Positions 19,919 to 28,965 of a stretch of 64,000 bases of DNA are shown here, one piece after another. Where the stretch lies: positions 14,107 through 78,106 of the forward strand of contig JAZPXL010000020.1 of assembly GCA_045543615.1 (NCBI GenBank), written 5' to 3'. The stretch's first letter is position 1; each line of letters starts with the position of its first letter. The stretch comes from Eubacteriales bacterium. GTDB lineage: Bacteria; Bacillota; Clostridia; Oscillospirales; CAG-272. The notes below the pieces were generated by a model. That model had not been told where the DNA came from. It ran no database searches and saw only the letters and a list, made by a program, of their open reading frames with translations. The position numbers and the translations under genes were made by a program.

Positions 19919-20922
19919 TGAGTAATTCGAGCAGTAGTGGAAGGCGAAGAGCTTTCAGAAGCCGACACCGTGCCCCGATGGGCGAGGGTGGGCGTATAGC
20001 TGTCATCGTTACCTCGGTTGCTCTTGTATTGTTCGTTATTGCCGTGATGCTTGGTAATCACCTGCGAGGTCTGGCAACAAATATCCCTGACACGTCCACC
20101 GTGGAAAGTGACACCGAGAACCCCACAATTACCTATCCGACGCCACCGTCGGCAATAAAGGCTCTGGGCGTGGTGTTTGGTGTGCCACTTGACGATGTAA
20201 CTAACAGTTCAACTGATACAGGTGGTGCGACGGATACCGAGGGGGAGAGCGAGAGCACAGAGGGCTTTGATGCAGTAAGCGTCAGATTCCGTAGCTACTC
20301 TGATAAGGACGGCGTTTGCTCCCTTTCATATAAGAGCGAGATCTGCACAAGGTATTCGATTGATACAAACGGAGAGGTCACTCTTGCCGATGGTGTTCGG
20401 GATATCAGATCAGCTTACGGTGAGAACACTTATATAAGTGGTGTGTTCGAGGTGAGGTTTCCTGCTGAGGACGCGACGTACCAAGGCGTTATGCGAGAGT
20501 ACGAATTTGCACTTCTTTGCGAGCTTCTGCGTAGCGATATTGACGAAATAATTTTAGTTGGTTTTTCAGATCACACGGACTGTGGACTTGAATTTATCTC
20601 CGAGCTTAAGCGTGAGTGTGGAGATGGAGCTTTGATAGGTCTCTCGCTTGATTTTAAGCATTTTGACGTTGGTAGTGACGTACAGGCAATAAGAGAGCTT
20701 AGTCTTTCTTGTGGGCTTCTTGCACTTGATTTAAGCGACGTGGAGGTACCTGAGCTAATGAGTATAAGGTCGGTGCTTGTGGACAGAATAAGCAGAGCAA
20801 GTCAGACGCTCAACGCCTATTCTATGCGCTTGCTAATAGGTGGTATGGAAAGCCAAGAGCTTTACAAAATTGCCACCGATTGTGGAGTGTTCAATTTCTG
20901 CACGATAGAACCAATCGCGTGA
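19915..20922 (+). CDS. Membrane-anchored hypothetical protein
   Basis: Basic N-terminus, one TM segment, acidic linker; coupled to the upstream gene. Confidence 0.6.
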   Translation: MMSNSSSSGRRRAFRSRHRAPMGEGGRIAVIVTSVALVLFVIAVMLGNHLRGLATNIPDTSTVESDTENPTITYPTPPSAIKALGVVFGVPLDDVTNSSTDTGGATDTEGESESTEGFDAVSVRFRSYSDKDGVCSLSYKSEICTRYSIDTNGEVTLADGVRDIRSAYGENTYISGVFEVRFPAEDATYQGVMREYEFALLCELLRSDIDEIILVGFSDHTDCGLEFISELKRECGDGALIGLSLDFKHFDVGSDVQAIRELSLSCGLLALDLSDVEVPELMSIRSVLVDRISRASQTLNAYSMRLLIGGMESQELYKIATDCGVFNFCTIEPIA

Positions 20923-20935
20923 ATGATAAATGAAA

Positions 20936-20980
20936 AAAAGCCAAACCCCTCGGACTTGCGTCCGAGGGGTTTGGCTTTGA
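20936..20980. terminator. Bidirectional terminator
   Basis: aaagccaaacccctcggac-ttgc-gtccgaggggtttggcttt. Confidence 0.8.
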
Positions 20981-21024
20981 AAAGGGGAATGCCCATTGCA
21001 AGCAACGGGCATTCGAGGGGAAAA

Positions 21025-22359
21025 TTAGTTCTTCTTGCTCTTGCTGACAACAGCAACGCAGCCTACAACTGCGATTACAGCTACGAGGAGGTAGAGGTAA
21101 GATGTATCGCCTGTTGTGGGAGAGGAGGTAGTTGTGTCGTCGGGAGTAGAAGCGGTAGTGTCATCGGGTGTAGCAGCTGTTGTGTCATCAGGAGTAGCTG
21201 CTGTTGTATCATCAGGTGTAACTGTGGGGTATGTGTAATCACAACCTGCGTTGTCACACTTGTTGTCGCCGTCATTATCAACGTGGTTGATGGAAAGGAG
21301 AGTAGCAATGGATGTAGGAACGTAGATATCCTTGCAGGTATCTGTGTAACCAGCCATATCAAGCTCAGCTGCTGCCTTTTCAGCGATGTCAGCTGCAGCT
21401 GCGCCGGCGTATGTGATAGCGATCGAGGGAGCTGCTGCCTCAGTGTTGATGCGAGAAACAGGAGCTACGCCGCTTACCATATAGGAGTCAGCGAAAGCAA
21501 CTGTGGGTGTGTCGCTAAGGAATGCTGCGAAACCTGCAGCGTTGCCTTCGGGAGCTGTGCAAGTAGCAGCAGCAAGGCAGTTTGTGAATGTAGCTGTTGC
21601 GCCACCTGCTGTTACAAAGCCGCAAGCGCGAGCTGCAGAAGCAGAGATTGTACCGAATACAGCGCAGTTTGTGAAAGTAAGGATTGCGCCATCCTGTGCG
21701 TTACCAACAAAGCCGTTAGCGTGTGTATCACCTGCAGTTGCAGATACGGAGCCGTTGAATACGCAGTTTTCAAATGTAGCAGTCTTATTAGCCTTTACGT
21801 TAGCAACGAAACCACCTGCATAGGAGGAACCATTGCTTACTGCAGCTTCCATATAAACGTTTGTGAACTTGATAGAACCACCAACGTTGCCGATGAAGGA
21901 GCTGTTTGCGCCGTTAACCTTTACAACGGAGTTTACGAATGCGATGTCCTTGATTTCGATGTCGCCTGTGGTCTCACGAGCGAAGCCTGTGTTAGCTGCG
22001 CCTTCGATGTAGAGACCGGAAACTGTGTGACCGTTACCGTCGATGTTGCCACCGAATGACCACATAGATGTCCAAACGTTCTCAGGCTTTGTGCCGGAGG
22101 AAGCGTCCCAACCGGGGTTGAGGTCGATGTCAGCCATAAGCTTGATTGTCTTGCCAACGTAGTTACCGTTTGCTGTACGCTGACCGGGAATAGCAAGGAA
22201 GTCAGCTGCGGATGTTACTTCAAGTACGCCATCACCATTGGTGTCGCCCCAGTCTGCTGTGGGTGTGATTGCTGCGGAGGTAGAGAATGCTGCGAAGGGG
22301 ATCATAATGAGCAGAGCTACGAGCACTGCTGTGATCTTTGTAAGTGTAGTGCGTGTCAT
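21025..22359 (-). CDS. Secreted beta-helix (GLUG-like) surface protein with sortase-type anchor
   Basis: Signal peptide; ADIDLNPGW domain; TPDDTTAA repeats; SPTTGD + TM + KSKKN. Confidence 0.8.
   Translation of the reverse strand: MTRTTLTKITAVLVALLIMIPFAAFSTSAAITPTADWGDTNGDGVLEVTSAADFLAIPGQRTANGNYVGKTIKLMADIDLNPGWDASSGTKPENVWTSMWSFGGNIDGNGHTVSGLYIEGAANTGFARETTGDIEIKDIAFVNSVVKVNGANSSFIGNVGGSIKFTNVYMEAAVSNGSSYAGGFVANVKANKTATFENCVFNGSVSATAGDTHANGFVGNAQDGAILTFTNCAVFGTISASAARACGFVTAGGATATFTNCLAAATCTAPEGNAAGFAAFLSDTPTVAFADSYMVSGVAPVSRINTEAAAPSIAITYAGAAAADIAEKAAAELDMAGYTDTCKDIYVPTSIATLLSINHVDNDGDNKCDNAGCDYTYPTVTPDDTTAATPDDTTAATPDDTTASTPDDTTTSSPTTGDTSYLYLLVAVIAVVGCVAVVSKSKKN
21128..21220 (-). repeat. 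24-bp coding tandem repeat (TPDDTTAA x4)
   Basis: Visible in the translation. Confidence 0.75.
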
Positions 22360-22463
22360 TTGTGTTCTCCTTTCGGACTGCGGAGCGCTCGGGTGAGGGG
22401 TCCGCAATTATTATTTTTTATATTATAATTATACTTTGAATTTTTCGTGAACAAAATGCGAAA

Positions 22464-22492
22464 TACTGCTATCAAAAACAACTATACTGCCA
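22464..22492 (-). promoter_or_regulatory. Putative AraC operator, copy A
   Basis: TGGCAGtatAGTTgTTTTTgataGCAGTA, 30 nt upstream of TATAATTATAAT. Confidence 0.65.
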
Positions 22493-22594
22493 AATAGGTG
22501 TTTTATTTTGGGCAAAAAGTATTATTTTATGTTAAAACGCCCCGTTCAAATTATGAACGAGGCGTTTCTTCGTGTTTTCTTTATTTAATGCAAA

Positions 22595-24148
22595 TTATTT
22601 CTTCTTGCCGATCACAAGAGCTCCAAGTGAAACTGTTGCGATGAGAGCGAGAGGTGCAAGTGCGAGAGAGGATGCACAACCGCCGTCGGTCTGTGTTGTG
22701 GAGTCTGTATCGTCTGCAGGAGCCTGTGTAGCATCATCTGAGGGAGCTTGTGTTGTAACATCGTCCTCAGCAGCTGTTGTCTCGTCGGACTCGAGCTTGG
22801 GAAGGATCTCTGTTTCAAGAACAGCGTGGCAGACGGAGCACTCTTTGTGGCGGCTACCTGCGTACTTGTCGGAGGGTTCCTTATCAACTATCCACTCGTC
22901 AGAGGGAGTGTGAGGAAGTGTATCAACGAAATCACCCTGGTAGCTTACGCCACAGTCCTTACAGGTGTATGTGGTGTAACCACGCTCGCCACATGTGGGA
23001 GGTGTTACAACTGCTTCGTAATTGTGACCTTCGATCATTGCATTTGTTACTGCGGGAAGAACAACGTTGATGTCAGTTGCGCTTACTACCCAACCCTTGT
23101 ATGTCTCGGTAGCCTTGAATGCTGCAAAGCCGGGAAGAGAAGCTGCGGGAGCTGTCTTAATGTCGTTTACTTCCTTACCATCGTAAATATATGTGATGTC
23201 GGTTGCAGTCTCGTTTGTGAAGAGAGCTGTTGTGCCTGTTGAAGGATCATAATAAACATCCTCGAACTTGATGTTTGCTGTGTTTGCCTGACAGAATGCG
23301 CCGAGTACAGCGAACTTCTCCGGAGCTGTTACTGTGCCGCCGTTGTAGAAGCGTGTAACTGTAGCTGTTGCACCGCAGCATCCTACGATAGCACCTGCGT
23401 ACTCAACGGAGGAAACGATCTCACCGTAGTTTGCGCAGTCTGTGAATGTGAGGGACTGTGCATTGTTCTGAACAGTTCCTATGAAGCCACCGCTACGGGA
23501 GGGGCTTTCGCACTTACCTGCGAATACGCAGTTCTCGAATACTACGTTTGAGCCGTCGGGAGTGGAAGCAACAAAGCCGCCTGCTGTACCCATTTCAGCT
23601 TTCATAATAGCATCAACGTAAACGTTGGAGAAGGTGAGAGTGCCGGTCTTTACTGAGCAAACGATAGCGGCGTTGTAGCGGCTAACTGAGAAGGAGCAGT
23701 TTTCAAACTTAAGATCCTTGATAACAACGTTGCCGTTGGTTGTAACGATGAAGCCACCGTTGGAATTGTCAGGAATATCTACACAAACACCCTTGATTGT
23801 GTGACCCTGACCATCAAATGTTCCGCGGAAGTCCCACATAGGCTGCCACAGATTGGTGGGCTTTGTGCCGGAGGATGCGTCCCAACCGGGATTGAGGTCG
23901 ATGTCTGCTGTGAGCTTGATAACCTTGCCGTCATAGTTTGCGTTTGCAGGTCTCTTAGCTGCTACTGAGAGTAATTCCTCGGCAGTAGATACTTCAAATA
24001 CGCCGTCACCATCAGCGTCGCCCCAGTTAGGGTCGTGGGTGTATGTAGGTGTAGACTCTGTGCTTGTTGCAGATGCAAATACTGTGCAGAATGTTGCACA
24101 AAGCATAACAGCAAGCAGGAATGCGATTGTTCTAAGCTGAGTTTTCAT
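22595..24148 (-). CDS. Secreted beta-helix surface protein with C-terminal GGC-TM-basic tail
   Basis: Paralog of the 21025 gene (ADIDLNPGWDASSGTKP); Cys-rich PTC..GYTTYTCxxCG repeats; ends DGGCASSLALAPL...GKKK. Confidence 0.8.
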   Translation of the reverse strand: MKTQLRTIAFLLAVMLCATFCTVFASATSTESTPTYTHDPNWGDADGDGVFEVSTAEELLSVAAKRPANANYDGKVIKLTADIDLNPGWDASSGTKPTNLWQPMWDFRGTFDGQGHTIKGVCVDIPDNSNGGFIVTTNGNVVIKDLKFENCSFSVSRYNAAIVCSVKTGTLTFSNVYVDAIMKAEMGTAGGFVASTPDGSNVVFENCVFAGKCESPSRSGGFIGTVQNNAQSLTFTDCANYGEIVSSVEYAGAIVGCCGATATVTRFYNGGTVTAPEKFAVLGAFCQANTANIKFEDVYYDPSTGTTALFTNETATDITYIYDGKEVNDIKTAPAASLPGFAAFKATETYKGWVVSATDINVVLPAVTNAMIEGHNYEAVVTPPTCGERGYTTYTCKDCGVSYQGDFVDTLPHTPSDEWIVDKEPSDKYAGSRHKECSVCHAVLETEILPKLESDETTAAEDDVTTQAPSDDATQAPADDTDSTTQTDGGCASSLALAPLALIATVSLGALVIGKKK

Positions 24149-24252
24149 TCTTGTTTCCCCTTGTTTTTCTTTTTGATTTTGTCGAAGCAAAATTCTACTA
24201 CGACTGAGTATAACCATTATACATTAACGTCTCACGGCATTAAAATCCGATA

Positions 24253-24281
24253 TTGTGCTCCAAAAAACAACTTTTCTGCAT
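24253..24281 (-). promoter_or_regulatory. Putative AraC operator, copy C
   Basis: aTGCAGaaaAGTTgTTTTTtggaGCAcaA, 31 nt upstream of TATAAT. Confidence 0.55.
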
Positions 24282-24407
24282 TCTTTGATACAACAATTAC
24301 CTTAATACATCATTTTTTTCCGAAATAAAGATTTTTTTCTATTATTATTGACAAATCGTTTAATATGAAGTATAATAAAGTTACAGAAACGAAAAAGGAG
24401 ATCTGAT

Positions 24408-25202
24408 ATGGATAAGCAAGTCAAGCTGAGTGATAGCTTTCACGTCTCGTCGCTGTCAATACAGCTCAGCGATTTTAACAACGCACACCATTTCGAGGCT
24501 CGCAACAAAAAAATCCACAATAGCATAGGTTACATTCTAAAGGGCAGAGTGGAGATAAGCACCCTGACCGAGACCATAACGGCAAAGGAGGGTGACCTCA
24601 TCTTTATTCCCGAGGGAGCGAGATATATTTCGCATTGGGATGGAGATCCGCAAATCAGCTTTTTCAGCCTGCATTTCCTTATGCAGAAGAATACGCCGTC
24701 TTTCTGGCGTACTATGCCCATACAGATGATCACAACGACTGATAACGACAGTATTGGCAGAATGATTGCTGCTATCTATCAGCTTGCAGATGGAGACGAG
24801 TCGGAGATTATGCGCGCCTACTCGCTTTTCTACTCGATAGCAGAGCAGATTTTGCCCTGTATGAACAAAACTCATTCCGTTGTAATGCCCGCACCGTTGA
24901 TTGCGGCGGTAAAGTACATAGACGAGAATTATGTAAGGATTGCCTCAGTGGCGCAAATTGCACAGGCTTGTTATATAAGTGAGTCAAGACTTTACCATTT
25001 GTTCAGGGAATTTTTAGGCACAACGCCGATTTCCTACCTAAATAATTTACGTATACAGACTGCGATGGAGATGCTCAGGGATACCGACCTTTCGATACAG
25101 ATTATCGCAGAACAGCTCAATTTCCACTCCGAATATTATTTTAGGAAGACTTTTATCAAATACACGGGCGTTTTGCCATCTAAATTCCGAAAAATGTTGT
25201 AA
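24408..25202 (+). CDS. AraC family transcriptional regulator
   Basis: Cupin-like N-domain; double HTH ending FHSEYYFRKTFIKYTGVLPSKFR. Confidence 0.92.
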   Translation: MDKQVKLSDSFHVSSLSIQLSDFNNAHHFEARNKKIHNSIGYILKGRVEISTLTETITAKEGDLIFIPEGARYISHWDGDPQISFFSLHFLMQKNTPSFWRTMPIQMITTTDNDSIGRMIAAIYQLADGDESEIMRAYSLFYSIAEQILPCMNKTHSVVMPAPLIAAVKYIDENYVRIASVAQIAQACYISESRLYHLFREFLGTTPISYLNNLRIQTAMEMLRDTDLSIQIIAEQLNFHSEYYFRKTFIKYTGVLPSKFRKML

Positions 25203-25243
25203 AAAATATCCAAAGCCGAGGCGATTTCCTCGGCTTTTGTTTT

Positions 25244-25272
25244 TGGCAGGAAAGTTTCTTTTTGGGGCAGTA
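25244..25272 (+). promoter_or_regulatory. Putative AraC operator, copy B
   Basis: TGGCAGgaaAGTTtcTTTTtgggGCAGTA, 30 nt upstream of TATAATTATAAT. Confidence 0.65.
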
Positions 25273-25363
25273 AGGGAGATTTTCAGAATAGGGGTTCAAT
25301 TGTATAATTATAATCGTAATACTTTTTCGAATTACACGAAAAAAAAGAAAGGATACTTTTACA

Positions 25364-26845
25364 ATGAAAAGAATTACAGCACTCGTACTTTCACTCATTA
25401 TGGTCCTCTTCGTATTTACAATAGTTGGTTGCGTTGACAACGGCGCAGGCGACGACACGACAGGATCTGCAGACACCTCCGGTGGCGAGACCTCCGTTAA
25501 GGACGTTCTCGGATTTGACAAGCAGGATTACAAAAACCAGAAATTCTACATTCTTCTTAACAACTCGAGCGCTGCAAAATTCTCTATGGCAGAGGACTTC
25601 TATGCCGACGAGAACGCAGCTGACGCTGTAAGCGAGGAGACCTACAACCGTAATCTCGCTTGCGAGGATTACCTCAAGATCGATATCGAATACGTTCAGG
25701 AACCCGGCAACTGGAACAGTGGTATGCCTCAGAAGATCTACACTCAGGTAATGGGTGGTAACTGCGACTACGATATGGTTGCTATGGGTCTTAACACAGG
25801 TATTATGGGTGGTTATATCGATATTTACCGTAACATTCTTGAGATGGAAGGCATCAATCCCGCTCACGACTGGTGGGTACAGGAGCTTGTTGATGAGGCT
25901 TCCGTTAACGGCCGCCTTATCTTCATCACAGGTGACGTAGGTATTTCCACATACCGTTACCTCGGTTGTATCTTTGCTAACCTTACAACTGCAAGCAACT
26001 GGGGCATTGAAACTGATTTCTATCAGACAGTAAGAGACAAGAAGTGGACAATGGAGGAGTTCTTCAATACCGCTCTTGTGGTTGGTCAGGACGTTAACAA
26101 CGACGGTCAGTTCGACGTTAACCTCGATACACTTGGTTGGGCAAACGTTATGACCAGCGTTCGCCTTATGTGGAGCTCTGCTGATGTTAACCTTATCAAC
26201 CGTCAGGGAGATGGTACATTTGCTGTAGTTAAGGAGCTTGATGACAGAACACTTGAGCTCATTACAAAGATTAAGGACGCATACGACAGCACAAACTCTG
26301 CATATTTCTCCTCAACAACGGATGCAGTAACAGCGTTTGTTGACGACCGTTGCCTCTTTGCAAGCTTCGTTCTCTCTATGGCAGAGGAGCTTGCAGTCTC
26401 CAACATCGAGAGTGAGTTCGCAATTCTTCCTCTTCCTCTCTACGATGCTAACCAGGATGATTACATTTCCACAAACATTTCCGCATACAACGCAATCTTC
26501 TTCCCGGACTCCAACAAGGATCCCGTTCTTGCAGCAAGAGTTGCAGAGTATATGGGTTACTACGGACAGAAGAACATCGTTCCCAAGTACTACGATGTAG
26601 CACTCAAGAACCGTTACAGCAACAATGTTGAGAACATCGAGATGCTCGACCTCATCCGTGACAAGCTCCGTGTATCTCCCAACGAGCTCTTCGGTACAAT
26701 CGGTGACATCATCGGTGCAACACCTACAACAAACAAGAACACCGATACAAACAGCCTTTACGCTACACCTGTCTCCTATTGGAAAGGTATGTATAACGAT
26801 TATTCCAAGGGCGTTAGCGAGTACATCTTCCAGTACTTCAAATAA
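25364..26845 (+). CDS. Extracellular solute-binding lipoprotein (sugar-type)
   Basis: Lipobox IVGC; KKWTMEEF, FAILPLPLYD, PKYYDVALKNRY..ENIEMLDLI. Confidence 0.8.
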   Translation: MKRITALVLSLIMVLFVFTIVGCVDNGAGDDTTGSADTSGGETSVKDVLGFDKQDYKNQKFYILLNNSSAAKFSMAEDFYADENAADAVSEETYNRNLACEDYLKIDIEYVQEPGNWNSGMPQKIYTQVMGGNCDYDMVAMGLNTGIMGGYIDIYRNILEMEGINPAHDWWVQELVDEASVNGRLIFITGDVGISTYRYLGCIFANLTTASNWGIETDFYQTVRDKKWTMEEFFNTALVVGQDVNNDGQFDVNLDTLGWANVMTSVRLMWSSADVNLINRQGDGTFAVVKELDDRTLELITKIKDAYDSTNSAYFSSTTDAVTAFVDDRCLFASFVLSMAEELAVSNIESEFAILPLPLYDANQDDYISTNISAYNAIFFPDSNKDPVLAARVAEYMGYYGQKNIVPKYYDVALKNRYSNNVENIEMLDLIRDKLRVSPNELFGTIGDIIGATPTTNKNTDTNSLYATPVSYWKGMYNDYSKGVSEYIFQYFK

Positions 26846-26902
26846 TTCGACTACTTGATTAAAGCATAAATTCGCGCAATTCACAGAAAGGCAGAAATAA
26901 CA

Positions 26903-27931
26903 ATGGACAATAAGCAGATAGTATTTACAGCACCCGGCAAGGCTGAGCTGCTTGATAACACGGTAGCAGACGCTCTTGCTCCCCATCAGGTACGTGTTCG
27001 TACAACATACACAGTTATCAGCGCAGGTACAGAGAGAGCAAACCTCGTAGGCGAGGTTAACATCTCCGGTAAGCGTGAGGACTGCAACGACCGTTTCCCC
27101 AGAAAGCTTGGTTATTGCGGTGTTGGTGTTGTTGAAGAGATTGGCTCTGAGGTAACACACGTTAAGGTCGGACAGAGAGTTGTTATTTACTTTGGTAAGC
27201 ACAGCCAGTACAATATTATTCCCGAAACCAACGCAATTCCGATCATTCCCGACAGCGTAAGCGATCTTGACGCTTGTTTGATGGTTATCGCTTGCTTCCC
27301 TGCAGGTGGACTTCGCAAGACCCGTCTTGAGTACGGCGAGGCGGCTATGATAGTAGGCCTTGGCATTCTTGGTATTATTGGCGTTAAGCTTGCACAGATT
27401 TCCGGTGCTGTTCCTGTAATTGCAGTTGACCCCAACCCTGAGAGACGTGCTCTCGCTCTTGAGTATGGAGCTGACGTTGCACTTGATCCCAGAGACAGCG
27501 ACTTTATCGATAAGGTAAAGGAGCTTACACACGGCAAGGGCGTTCCGGTTGTTATTGAGGCTTCGGGTAACTCCACAGCTCTCAAGCAGTCCCTGCTTTG
27601 CTGCGCACCTATGGCAAGAGTATCTCTTCTTGGTTGCACACGTACACCCGACACATACGATCTCTATCACGATGTTCACTATCCCGGCGTTCAGCTCATC
27701 GGTGCGCACAACTTTGCTCGCCCGAAGGTTGAATCCTATCCAGGACATTGGACAGCAGAGGATGACGTTCACGCAATGCTCAACCTCATCGCATACGGTC
27801 GTATGGATCTCAAGCCTCTCATCTCCGAGGTTCACTCTCCTGCAGAGTGTGGCGAGGTATTTGCGAGACTTGCTAACGATAAGAACTTCCCCATTGGCGT
27901 AGCATTTAACTGGAACGAGGTTAACAAATGA
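26903..27931 (+). CDS. MDR-family (zinc-binding-type) alcohol dehydrogenase
   Basis: ISAGTE, LGYCGVG, GLGILG Rossmann motif. Confidence 0.88.
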   Translation: MDNKQIVFTAPGKAELLDNTVADALAPHQVRVRTTYTVISAGTERANLVGEVNISGKREDCNDRFPRKLGYCGVGVVEEIGSEVTHVKVGQRVVIYFGKHSQYNIIPETNAIPIIPDSVSDLDACLMVIACFPAGGLRKTRLEYGEAAMIVGLGILGIIGVKLAQISGAVPVIAVDPNPERRALALEYGADVALDPRDSDFIDKVKELTHGKGVPVVIEASGNSTALKQSLLCCAPMARVSLLGCTRTPDTYDLYHDVHYPGVQLIGAHNFARPKVESYPGHWTAEDDVHAMLNLIAYGRMDLKPLISEVHSPAECGEVFARLANDKNFPIGVAFNWNEVNK

Positions 27932-28947
27932 GACCGATAAAGCTTGGTCATATTGGTACGCTTCACGACCACAGCTCAGCCAAGCTTGAATGTGTCAGAA
28001 AATTTCCTGAGCTTTTCGAGGTGATCGGGGTAGTCCCCGAATCACCCGAAAGGTGGGAGGAGATAAAGGATCTTCCTGCGTACAGTGGTGTAAGATGCGT
28101 TACCCGAGAAGAGCTTTTTGAGGCGGGGGTAGAGGCAGTATTGGTTGAGGGCTTTGAGCGTCAGCTGATAATTGATGCACTCTATTTTGCCGAGAGGGGA
28201 GTACATCTCCACATCGACAAGCCTGCCGGTGACGATGTTGCTACATTTGAGAAGCTTTTGCGAGTAGCAAAGGAAAAGAATCTGACAGTTCAGATGGCGT
28301 ATATGTACAGATACAATGCAGCCTTGCTCGATTGCCTCAGTCGCATAGAGAAGGGCGAGCTTGGCGAGATATATTCCGTAACAGCTATTATGAATACAGG
28401 ACATCCTGCATCGAAGAGAGAATGGCTCTCCCGTCTGCCCGGTGGTATCTTCTATTTTCTTGGCTGTCATATGATCGACCTTGTATACCGTTTGCTCGGC
28501 AAGCCCGATGAGATCCATCCCTTCCTCAAATCCACAGGCTTTGATGGAGTTGAGAGTATCGACTTCGGACACGCAGTATTTGAATACAGAAACGGCGTAT
28601 CCACGCTTGAAGCAACGAGTGCTGAGATCAACGGCTACGGCCGTCGTCAGCTTGTAGTTTGCGGAAGCCGTGGTACATACGAAATTGAGCCGCTTGAAGC
28701 TCCGACACACGCATATTTCATTTCTGCCGATCAGGCTGTCACATTTGGCGACAGACGAGTTGAGGTAGAGCTTCCGCCCTTTGACGGAAAATGTCGATAT
28801 GATGAAATGATGAAGGATTTTGCAGCATTCGTAAGAGGCGAGAGAGAAAATCCCTTCACATATTCATATGAGCTTGAGCTTCAGAAGCTTATTGCCTTCT
28901 GTTGCTTTGACAGAGAAGTCGATTGGAGATCGACCACAGAAATATAA
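27928..28947 (+). CDS. Gfo/Idh/MocA family oxidoreductase
   Basis: HIDKPAG, YMYRYN, LGCHMID. Confidence 0.85.
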   Translation: MRPIKLGHIGTLHDHSSAKLECVRKFPELFEVIGVVPESPERWEEIKDLPAYSGVRCVTREELFEAGVEAVLVEGFERQLIIDALYFAERGVHLHIDKPAGDDVATFEKLLRVAKEKNLTVQMAYMYRYNAALLDCLSRIEKGELGEIYSVTAIMNTGHPASKREWLSRLPGGIFYFLGCHMIDLVYRLLGKPDEIHPFLKSTGFDGVESIDFGHAVFEYRNGVSTLEATSAEINGYGRRQLVVCGSRGTYEIEPLEAPTHAYFISADQAVTFGDRRVEVELPPFDGKCRYDEMMKDFAAFVRGERENPFTYSYELELQKLIAFCCFDREVDWRSTTEI

Positions 28948-28965
28948 GCCCATACGGAGGCAACA

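Noticed and set aside
20923-22059. 378-aa Cys-rich plus-strand ORF
   Set aside because: Antisense shadow of the surface-protein gene, caused by its codon bias
26312-27835. 507-aa minus-strand ORF and similar antisense ORFs (685-1563, 2027-3046, 5349-6347)
   Set aside because: Antisense shadows of well-supported genes, with no recognisable motifs or RBS
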